Positions 54,640 to 64,000 of a stretch of 64,000 bases of DNA are shown here, piece after piece. This stretch comes from Diplonema japonicum. Its lineage: Eukaryota > Protista > Euglenozoa: Diplonemea. The position numbers were made by a program, and so were the translations under genes. The number at the start of each line of letters is the position of its first letter. The stretch's first letter is position 1. The notes beneath the pieces were generated by a model. That model was not told the origin of the DNA, made no database searches, and saw only the letters and a list, made by a program, of their open reading frames with translations. Location of the stretch: contig OZ025732.1 in assembly GCA_964019335.1 (NCBI GenBank), positions 310,001 to 374,000 on the forward strand, in the 5' to 3' direction.

Positions 54640-56530
54640 ACCCCGCGTACAGCACTTCACCGGGCCACTTCTGGGGAGGTGGCGGCTGTTCTCTTGAGAC
54701 ACAAGGCAGACATCGAGGCAAAAGACGGAAGGGGAAGAACACCCCTTTTCTTGGCTGGTTTAGAGGTGGCTGAAGTACTTCTTGAGCACAATGCTGATGT
54801 GAAGGCAAGGGACAAGAGAGGGAACACGTGTCTGCACCACGCTGTTGAAAAGTTAGGATATAAAGGGGGGGCCCGAATAATTCCCTCCCAAATAATGTGT
54901 TTTTTCCCAAATAATTCTTTTTTTTTCGGGGATTTTTCCGCTCCAAATTTCCCAAATAATTCCCAACCCCCTTTCTTTTTTTTTTGGGGGACCGGGGTGG
55001 GGGGGTCACATGGTAGTCGTGCGACGGGCTTTTCTCAGTTACGCCTGTGCAGGGTACTAGCCGACCTAACCCATTATGACACCCCTTTTTTGACCAAAAA
55101 GTCGATTTTCGCCTGGTTTTTGGGCACTTACGAGCAATTCCTTTGCATTTTGAACAGGGACCACGGGGTTTGGCACCTGGGGGTTATTGTGGGGAACTAT
55201 TTTTCTTAACGCAAGAAGCTAGCTGGTTCGTGATGAACGTTCAAAATTTCACGGAACCACTTAGTTCGAAGGCGCTTGTGGGTGGCCCGGGTGCTTCTGC
55301 GTTGCCGGAAGGGCACGTGGATTCATGTGTTGACAACTTATCTAGTATTTGCTTTGTTTCATGGCCCGCAATGTCAATATTCCATTCCTGAGCAAGATCC
55401 CAAAGTTGTGTCGTAGCCCACTGGCGGTATTGTGAGGCTGCTTACACAAGTAAGAGTGCTGGCCCAGCGAGCTATGAGGGCAAAAACCCCATTTTCTTCT
55501 AGAAGATGAGAAATATATTATAGTGCGACATGATCAGACTGGAACGGCCGCCCCGGGGCATCCTCTGCTCAACCCGGCGGACGTGGGAGGCCCTTCTTCG
55601 GAAGGTGCCAGTCGCTTGATCAGTGTCGTCGTGCGCGCTATATTTTATTAGTACAAATATAACAATCGATTGAAAAGGAAAAGTATGTATTGTGAGGCTG
55701 CTTCTCGCCATTTTGAGGGGTTAAGGGGGGCTGTGGCATGCCCCAAGCAGCCGAGGCGGGACGTTGATGACTGCAGCAGAGTGCCGAGTCAACGTGGCAC
55801 TGTGGGTAGGGCAAGCACGTGAGAAAGGTCATGCAACTGCTCGACACCTTTAGCTATATGCGATCTCGCGGCTTCCAGGTAGTTCCGAGGAGACCATACA
55901 GCTAAGGGCACTTAGCGAAGTTTAGACAGTGCAGCACAGAACGTTGTCGCGGGTGTTACAATGGACACTGCACCTGATGAGACTCCAGCAGCCTCCCAAG
56001 CCCTTGCAGCTTCTCAAGCCCTGACAGTTTCTCAAGCCTCTTTCTCAGACCCCCACAACCTCCCAGCAACCACCTAACGCCAAAACCAGGCGGTTTGTCT
56101 GCAACGTTTGTGGGTTCTCCACAGTCTGGGAGAAAAACTGCTAAAGTTTCCCTTGGAAAAAAAAAGCATGAAAAAAGTCTTGGCACGATTTGGCATGTTA
56201 AGATTTCCGAAGTGCTCTAAGCCCCGCTCCCTGCTTTCCATGTGGCAGGCTCCCCAGCCCAAATAAGTGTATTCCAAATAATTCTTTTTTTTTGGAGCCC
56301 AAACACCCCCCCTCCACTGCCCAAATAAAGGGATTATTCGGGGGGCCCCTTTAAATGGCTACTTATTTTTCTGAGACACAATGCAGATGTGATGGCAACG
56401 AACGATGAAGGAAAGACGGCTCTCGATTGTCCCCTCTGTTGGTGATGACGATGATGACGATGGTTACAGAGGCATGGTCAAGGCGATACGACACCTGTTG
56501 CGGGAACATCAGTCTCGCTCATGATCTGGT
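54640..56530 (+). pseudogene. Ankyrin pseudogene split by the GGGG-TIR element
   Basis: HHAVEKLGY before the insertion and KWLLIFLRHNADV after it. Confidence 0.8.
54865..56349. mobile_element. ~1.5-kb non-autonomous TIR element, copy 2
   Basis: Colinear with 9996-11541 and has the same TIRs. Confidence 0.85.
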
Positions 56531-56875
56531 TCAGACTGGTTTGGAAGGGAGAGGCCCCCTCCCGTGCGGCACGTGTCTGAAGTCCCTTGAAAGCCAGTGT
56601 GCGAGTTTAGCCCATTATATTTTGGCACTCGGTAGTCGTTGCAAGAGCGCCTGTAGGAGGTATTGGGCGATACAGCTAACGTAAGTATTGCCTGTCGGGA
56701 TGAGGATTGGTGTCGTTGAACTGGTGATGGGACTAAGAATCTCTTTTTACTTCAGTCTTGTTTCTCAAGAGTTTTCTGCCCCCCTCAACCTTCTTTTATT
56801 CATTGTCCTCTTTACGCACAACCTTATATCAGCAAACAACAGGATATTGAAGAAGAACAAGAAAAAGACAAGACC

Positions 56876-58090
56876 ATGAAAGGAAGCGAAGGACCACCGA
56901 CAGTGACGCTGCAGGCGAGGCTCCCCACCTCTGAGACAATCAGCATTGAGGCAGTGGCTTCGGAGGAGATGATGAAGGTGAAGGAGAGGATCGCATCGAT
57001 GGGAGGGTTGGATGTGGACATCTTCACCCTCACCTTCGATGGGGTGGTGGTGGCGGCGGCTGCTGACGACGGCGGTGGACAGCTTGTCGGAGATCTTCCT
57101 TTTGAGGATGGAAGCATTCTTGAAGTGGTGGTGTGCAAGAGGCAGGCGGCTCTGTTGAAGCTTTCTGGGATGGGGATCGAAGTGGAAGGAAGGGATTTTT
57201 GCGGGGTACTTGGTGATGACTGTTTGGGTTGGGACGAGAAGGACGAGAAGACGTGCGAGGTTATGAACCTTCTCCTGGATGCTGGGGTGAGTGGTGGGGA
57301 GGAGGAGGCATTTCACTTTGTGATCGAGCACGATCTTCCTTCTTGTGTGGAGGTCCTCTTGACTCGCACTTCTGTGGACGTGGATTCAGAAGTAGCTCTC
57401 CCTTTCGATTGGGTTCCGCGTACAGCACTTCACCGGGCCACTTCGGAGGAGGTGGTGGCTGTTCTCTTGAGACACAATGCAGATGTCAATGCAAGAGACT
57501 GTAGCGGTGTTCCTGTCATTCACGAAGCAGCATGTGATAAGAATTCTAGGGGCAAGCTTTCTCTACTTCTGAAACACAATGCAGATGTGAATGCAACGGA
57601 CGGCGAAGGAAGGACGGCTCTTCATGGCTATGCTCACCCCTCTGCAGTTCACTTTCTTCTTGAACACAAGGCAGACATCGAGGCAAGGGACAATAAGGGA
57701 AGAACACCCCTTTTCTTCGCTAGTTTATGGATGGCTGAAGCGCTTCTTGAGCACAATGCTGACGTGATGGCGAAGGACAATAGAGGGAACACGTGTCTGC
57801 ACACCGCTGTTGAAAGAGGTGATTTTATCGAAGTGTTGTTTGTTCTGCTGAGACACAATGCAGATGTGACGGCAGAGAACGATGAAGGGAAGACGGCTCT
57901 CGATCTTGTTCCCTCTGATGATGATGATGATGATATTCAGGTTTTGAGTGCGATGCGATACCTGTTGCAGGACCCGAGTCTCGCTCAGGATGTGGAGCTG
58001 TTCGAAAGTATGAGAGAGCTGAGTGACGTCAGCAGGCTTCCTGTTGTTCATTTGCTTTCAGGGTATATTTGTGACAAAGTCGAGAGGTGA
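56876..58090 (+). CDS. Ubiquitin-like domain + ankyrin-repeat protein
   Basis: 404-aa intact paralogue of 41231-42463. Confidence 0.9.
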   Translation: MKGSEGPPTVTLQARLPTSETISIEAVASEEMMKVKERIASMGGLDVDIFTLTFDGVVVAAAADDGGGQLVGDLPFEDGSILEVVVCKRQAALLKLSGMGIEVEGRDFCGVLGDDCLGWDEKDEKTCEVMNLLLDAGVSGGEEEAFHFVIEHDLPSCVEVLLTRTSVDVDSEVALPFDWVPRTALHRATSEEVVAVLLRHNADVNARDCSGVPVIHEAACDKNSRGKLSLLLKHNADVNATDGEGRTALHGYAHPSAVHFLLEHKADIEARDNKGRTPLFFASLWMAEALLEHNADVMAKDNRGNTCLHTAVERGDFIEVLFVLLRHNADVTAENDEGKTALDLVPSDDDDDDIQVLSAMRYLLQDPSLAQDVELFESMRELSDVSRLPVVHLLSGYICDKVER

Positions 58091-58227
58091 CCATTCCACA
58101 ATTCCTGGGGTATGGTTGTGGCATTGGCTTCGATTTCTTCTTTCGACCGATTCTTACCGACCGACATCGTTTGTTTGTAGAATGCCAGTATCCCCCCCCC
58201 CCCCCCCCCCCCCCTCATATATTCTAC

Positions 58228-58603
58228 CTAGACGCGAAGAAGTGCTAGTAAACCAGCTAAAGACTGGTCATCACCACCTGCTCAAAGAGGAGTACGCAAC
58301 CCAACGCACCTGCGAAAAATGTGACGGCACAACACAGAGAACACTACAACACCTCCTCCTAGAGTGCCCAGCGACCAAAGCGGCCAGAGACAAGCACTAC
58401 GACATCCACACGCTGGAGCACATCCTCATAGACCCGAAGAGGGCAATCAAGTTCCTCGAGGACACAGAAGAGACTACCTACAAGCCCACCGGCAAGCCCC
58501 CCGACGAGCCCACCGACTAACCCCCACCGACTAGCCGTCTACCTAGCAAGCTAGTCAAAAGGCAGCAGGAAGAAAACAAATCAAGTGTAAACAAATAGAA
58601 AAG

Positions 58604-58635
<32 letters not shown>

Positions 58636-58930
58636 AAGAAAGAAAAAATAACAAAAACCCCAACAACCCTCTTCCCCCATGTGCATCAACAAAAAAAAAA
58701 AAAAAAAAAAAAAGAAAAGAATCCCGAGGACTGGCAACCAAAGGAGAAAAAAAAAAAAAAAAAAAAAAAAAGCCATTAGCCAACTGTGGAAAGAGAATAC
58801 CCATGTCACAAAGGTGCTAGAACAATAACACAGGCCGACACGAAAGCACGAACGTCTCAACACACTTCCGTTGGCTCCACACAGCCCAGTCGGTCTGGCT
58901 AGACCAAGAGGAGGTGGAATTTAAAAAAAA
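58228..58930 (+). mobile_element. 3' fragment of a LINE C-related subfamily
   Basis: REEVLVNQLKTGHH...CEKC...HLLLEC; A-tract-punctuated UTR ending GTGGAATTT(A)n; other fragments near 13305-13490, 49485-49550 and 60940-61135. Confidence 0.85.
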
Positions 58931-58945
58931 AAATAAAATAACAAT

Positions 58946-59601
58946 CCCTGGGGCTTACGGTATGCACCCAGTCCGCCCATCAGGACATCGGGCTCGGGAT
59001 TGACACGCCGATGCCTCCCGGCATGGGACACGCGACACTCCAACCGGCGGTCAGCGTCCAAACACTGACCCTGGAGGCGCCCGTTGCCCGAACCGAGGGA
59101 TTTGCCCCCCCTTGACCCTCCTCAAACAAGCGGCGCCCAAGAGGTGATCGATCTCACGCAGGACTCCCCGGACAAACCCTCGCGTAAGAAGAAGCACGAC
59201 GGCACTGCATACGAGCACGAAAGCCGTCGTGGTAAGAGTTCTACATCCACCGACGACGAAGGGCTTCTCATCCTCCGGCCGGAAGAACCCGGGACCTCAC
59301 TTAGAACCAGACACTTCGCTTTGCGCCTCCTGCGCGATCTCTCGGCCCCGGCACAGCATCTCGAGCATGACCTCGTCACCGGAGTAGGCCTTCCGCCAAG
59401 CACCAAGGACGACAGTGCTGTCGATACCCACGCGAAGCACCACGTTCGGGGACCCGACACCCGAAAGGCAAATTCCAACAGTTCCAGCAGGGCATACATC
59501 TCCAGTCGAGACGGCTCTCTACCACCCTAGTGACATATATGAGGACTTGCATCTGATGCGATAGGGTGGCTCTCTAGCGGGGGCTTGCCCTGTACTTTGA
59601 G
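58946..59601 (+). mobile_element. GC-rich segment ending in the LINE B-type 3' hairpin
   Basis: Ends AGGGTGGCTCTCTAGCGGGGGCTTGCCCTGTACTTTGAG; body shows no match to LINE B ORF2. Confidence 0.55.
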
Positions 59602-59753
59602 TTTCTTCTTAAAAGCCCACTTTCCCACCCCCGGTAACGCAATTAAAGAATGAAATATTTTCGAGTCTTTTTCTCCTTCTTCTTAATAGAATACTCTTCC
59701 CTTTTAAGGCCGTGCATACATTCAAAAGTAAATAAGGGATAGAAAACACAAAC

Positions 59754-60911
59754 ATGAGCCTCGCAGTGTTGATCAGGACTGTCGACGAGGATGTGGTGCA
59801 CGAGGTGGAGCTGTCTGGGTTTGACAGGGTGAAGGACCTGTACAGGAAGGCGGCAGAGGCTTCTGCGGTGGAGGAGGGGATGTTCCTCTTGCACTTCGAA
59901 GGTGTTGTCTTGGATAATGATGGGACATCTGGCGGTGGTGGGGAGGAGCAGGAGATACAGCAGCTTGGGATGGGGCAGGGGAGCGAGCTTCTCTTGTGCG
60001 GTATTCATAAAACACTTGATGTCAGTCATGTGGAACTCTCGAGTCGAAAAGAGGAGATTGCAAGGTGTCTTGAGGAGAATCCTGAGCTTCTTCTTTCGGT
60101 GGATGTCACTGGTCTGGACTGTCTTGATGGAAGGCTCACAAGCAAGCTTCCCTCAGAGCTTCGGCACCTCAAGGTGTGGACCCTGGGCGACGGTGCGACC
60201 TCTATTGGGGACTCCTTTTTGTCTGGCTCCTTACTCGTCACCTTGGACCTGACGGCCTTGCAGGGTCTTCAGTCCGTTGGGCACTATTTTCTCCGCGAGT
60301 GCAGCTCCCTAGCTACTGTTGATCTGAGTCCTTTGCAGAATGTTCAGTCCATTGGGAACTATTTTCTCTTTTTTTGCAGCTCTCTGAAGACTGTTGATCT
60401 GAGCCCCCTTCGCAATGTCACCACCGTCGGCACCTGTTTTCTCGCTGGCCTCAAGTCGTTGGCTTCTGTTGACCTGAGCCCCTTGCAGAATGTGACCAGC
60501 ATGAACCACTGTTGTTTCATGACTTTTTGTTCTTCTTTAAGATCTATCGATCTGAGCCCCCTGCACAACACCTTTACCCATACATCCAGTGTGGCCTATA
60601 TTCTCAAGGAATGCAAAGCTCTAACGACTGTGGATCTGGGTCCTTTGTGGAACGTTCAGTCAGTTGGCGATGGTTTTCTCCTCAACTGCGAGTCTTTGGA
60701 AACAATTGATCTGAGCCCCCTTCGCAATGTCACCACCGTCGGCAGCTGTTTTCTTTCAGGGACCCCAGTGGAACACAGAGAGGATGTTGTGGAATTCCTC
60801 AGACCACGGGTACAGAAGCGCCCCGAGCAACCAGCAAGGCCAATAAGGTTCCGGGGCCCTCCTGTGAGGCAAGCAACCTGTAAAAGTAAAGAGTGTTGCA
60901 TCGTTTCCTGA
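59754..60911 (+). CDS. Ubl + LRR protein with a C-terminal CaaX box
   Basis: Ubl N-terminus; about 7 repeats of LxTVDLSPLxNVxxxGxxFLxxC; ends ECCIVS. Confidence 0.88.
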   Translation: MSLAVLIRTVDEDVVHEVELSGFDRVKDLYRKAAEASAVEEGMFLLHFEGVVLDNDGTSGGGGEEQEIQQLGMGQGSELLLCGIHKTLDVSHVELSSRKEEIARCLEENPELLLSVDVTGLDCLDGRLTSKLPSELRHLKVWTLGDGATSIGDSFLSGSLLVTLDLTALQGLQSVGHYFLRECSSLATVDLSPLQNVQSIGNYFLFFCSSLKTVDLSPLRNVTTVGTCFLAGLKSLASVDLSPLQNVTSMNHCCFMTFCSSLRSIDLSPLHNTFTHTSSVAYILKECKALTTVDLGPLWNVQSVGDGFLLNCESLETIDLSPLRNVTTVGSCFLSGTPVEHREDVVEFLRPRVQKRPEQPARPIRFRGPPVRQATCKSKECCIVS

Positions 60912-61424
60912 TGACTTCACGGGGCAGGAAGAGGGAACCATCTCACGTGCTGCTACGTCCCGGGCCACTGCGGACTGGAATGGAATGAGAAATCAGACGA
61001 CCTAGCCGGTCGAGGCAGGGACGAAGAGGACAACCTCGAAGAATCAGCATGAGCGCAGCGAAGAACTACCTATTACAATCTGAGAAACGAGAGCTTCTAG
61101 CAGGCTTGGACAAAAGGAAGTGGAATTTATAAAAAGAAAAAGAATTAGCAAATTAGCAACGTTGTTTGTTGCCCTCCCCCACCCCCTTTTTATCTTCTTC
61201 ACTTTCTCATATCCTTTTCCCCTTTTTCCCATTCGCCCCCTCCCCCACCCCCTTCACCTACCACCCACCAGGGAAGAAAGAAAGTAGTATTTCTCGAACA
61301 AGAAGTCATCGGAATTTAGAAAAAAGAAGAGTTGCGTCTCGTATTCACACCTTTTATATTTCCTCCTTTGCAAGGTCACGTTCAAGCAGACAGAACACAA
61401 CAACAAAACAAGAAAAAGGAGAAG

Positions 61425-61632
61425 ATGAACGACATGACGGTGTTCGTGAAGACGGGAGGCGGGGTTCACGATGTGGAAGTGTCGGGGAAGGAGACGGTGG
61501 GGATCCTACAAGAAGGCGGGGTGTGCTGCTGGTTTACTCGAAGGCAGGTTCAAACTGGTTTGGGAGGGTGAGGTCCTTGACAGGAACGGCTGTGAAGAGC
61601 TTCAGCAACTTGGGCTTGTGGAGGGCTTCCAT
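61425..61632 (+). pseudogene. Ubl part of a Ubl-LRR gene truncated by the Penelope-like element
   Basis: Matches 53924-54130 with a frameshift; similarity stops at about 61632. Confidence 0.8.
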
Positions 61633-64000
61633 GGCACAAGATCTTCGGCGACCCAGCAGTCCGCACGGCATGCCCAAACCCGAAGATCTTGGACAGAGTT
61701 AGGGTTTGCAATCGACTTGGGAAGACTGTACGCTCCGCGGTGTGCAATGTCAGCCAGGTCAGCCTCGCTGGCGTAAGACCGAAAACGAGCGATGTTGACC
61801 CATGCCCTTGCGCCAAGTGGAACTCCTCGCACCAGCACGAAGGACACACATGCGGTATCGCCTCGGAGCTGACAGACGACGAGCAACTGCTGAAGATCCT
61901 AAGCATGGGTATGAAGTTCCGCCTGTCAGTCGACGCGCTCACGAGCTCCGAAAACCTGGAACAAGACTTGGTCGGCTTCGTAAACCTTCACCCTCGCGTC
62001 TGAAAGATTGACGTTCCTACGGGCTCTACACACCAAAGCAGAGGCTACTCTGAACAAAGAGCTCCAGCAGCCCGTCTTTGATCCTAAGGTCCCCGAGCAG
62101 CTTAAATCAAAGCTAAAAGAGTTGCAGAAGGCTTTCGTGTTCTTGCCAGTCGACAAAAGCGTCCACGACATCGGCATGGTCTGCAAGGCACACTACCTAC
62201 AACTGCTCCACGCCCAGCTCGACGGCGAGTGTTTTGCAGAGGTACAAGACATGGAGAGCACAAGGCATAGCATCACAGAAGAGACTGAATCGTTCGGTAT
62301 CAAGATCAAGTCGACAAAGATGCCATACCTTTACGGGGCCATCAAGTTACACAAAGAACAAGTAGGCTTCCGGTGGATTTCTGGCGTGTCGTCCCGAGAC
62401 CCCCCTGCGACGGAGGAAGGCACCAACCCACAAGCACAATCAACGCAGTCCATAATGGAACGACTGCTAGCTGCAGGTTCCAACGGTGAGCGCGACGACG
62501 CCTTCAAGGCCGCCGCCCCAACGAACGCAGCAAGACCGGTTGCAGCGATGACAGGAGCGCACAAAGAGCTCTCGAGCCTCCTAAAAGCTGTACAACGCAC
62601 CCTGCACGAGAAGGACCTGGAGTTCCGAAGCAAGGAGGTGAATCCGGGCCTCAGCGGAGTACGCCGCTTCTGGATCGTGGAATCAGCTGAGCAGGTCGCG
62701 GCTGAGATCAAGCAGCGGTACACGTTTTTCAAGTCGAAGGTCCCTGCCACCTACGACTTTAAAACGATGTACTCCAACCTGGACCAGGGACTCCTTCGAA
62801 AGGGCCTGGGCAGAGCAATCCGCGAAGCCTTCGAGCACGCCGGGAAGGAGCTGGTGATAAACAAGAGCGGAAGTAGCTTCGCGGATGCAGAAGACGACGA
62901 CAAAGTGTACTCCCTCTCGATGGTGGAGGAACTAGTCGAATTCGTCGTTGACAACGCGTACGTCGAGCAAGGCGGCCGTGCTCTGCGCCAGGTGCGGGGC
63001 ATACCGATGGGCGGCAACGCGTCTCCGGATATAGCGAACCTATACTGCTATTCCGTCGAAGCCGACTACATCGACGGCTTGATCGAGAACAAGGACTGGG
63101 GCCGTCTCAAGGAGTTATGCTCAGCCGCCCGCTACATCGACGACTTTTTGGTTTGGGACACGACCCCCCCACCCGAAGAGCTGTACGGGATGTCCTACGC
63201 CAAGACGTCGGACAACGACGACGACGTTCCGTTCATCGGCATGCGGATCAGGACCGAACGGCACGAAACGCCGAAAAACAACTGGGTACGCTTGTCAGTC
63301 TATGACAAGGCTGCGAACTGGAAGTTCAAGCCCACGCGTTTCACACACGGGCACACAGCAGCTCCCTCAACACAGGGCCCAGGTATCCTGAAGGGCATGA
63401 TGCAGCAAGCGCTTTGCCTCACCAACAGCTCACCGGACTTCAAGAGGCAAATTGCAAAGACATACTTCAGTTTGCGCGATCGAGGGCACGAGCACAAACT
63501 CCTGAACCGAGCATTCCACGAGTTCCTTTGTGAGCGCGTCAACAAGAACTACGGCTGGGAGAAAGGGGAGCTCCAAAGTTTCTTTACCGAAGCAGGGAAG
63601 AACTACAGAGCAGGGCGCGAACTTAACGAATGCTACCCGGATCTCGCGTATGTGGGACGTAAGGACCCCCGAAAGAGCACAGCCCTCCCCTCCGAACCGA
63701 CGCAGACAACACAAGAGTCCACCTCCACCGCTGACACGAGCTCGCAAAAGGAACCACCTCCACAACAGCCGTTCTTAACGGAAACGACACCAATGGAGAC
63801 ACCTACATCGGAATACCCCACGTCGCTACACCAGGAAAGTGGCGAAGGACGCGTAGGCCTCGAGTGTGGTTGGGCCGTGGTGAACTGGATCGCAGACTAC
63901 GCAGAGCTGGCACGCATGCCGTTCGCAGAGATGCAGACAATCCAACACCACCTCTGTACCTCGGAGCTCGCCCTGCACACCGAGGGGCATGCGAAGGAGT
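61633..64000 (+). mobile_element. Penelope-like retroelement (Naiad/Chlamys-like), 5'-truncated, running off the window
   Basis: Frame +1 is open from 61984 to the window end (not in the ORF track): FVFLPVDKS, PYLYGAIKLHK, FRWIS, TYDFKTMY, GIPMGGNASPDIANLY, RYIDD (YIDD 63133-63144), VPFIGM, SVYDK; upstream CPC...H...GH finger in ORF 61689-62003. Confidence 0.88.

Overview
Eukaryotic protist DNA with intronless ORFs separated by long homopolymer-rich spacers. A 38-nt euglenozoan spliced-leader (SL) exon of diplonemid type at 42603-42640 points to a diplonemid. Host genes: two SGNH/PC-esterase-like paralogues, a tandemly duplicated type-I membrane protein, an ammonium transporter fused to a degenerate class III nucleotide-cyclase domain, and an array of ubiquitin-like (Ubl)-ankyrin and Ubl-LRR genes and pseudogenes. 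Much of the rest is mobile DNA: piggyBac-, pogo-, Sola-like and GGGG-TIR DNA transposons; two related APE-type LINEs (A 28.3-34.8 kb, B 42.6-49.4 kb); an Ingi/I-like RT-RNase H LINE (C); and a Naiad/Chlamys-like Penelope element. The most striking feature is LINE B. Its ends are fixed by a 6-bp TSD and a paralogous empty site, it begins exactly with the host SL exon followed by an anti-SL sequence, its ORF1 and ORF2 are in frame across a single UGA followed by a 2A-like motif, and it ends in a hairpin next to T rather than poly(A). LINEs A and B, and possibly the Penelope element, carry deubiquitinase-type domains and sit inside the Ubl-receptor array. All family assignments are from motifs read by eye; no searches were run.
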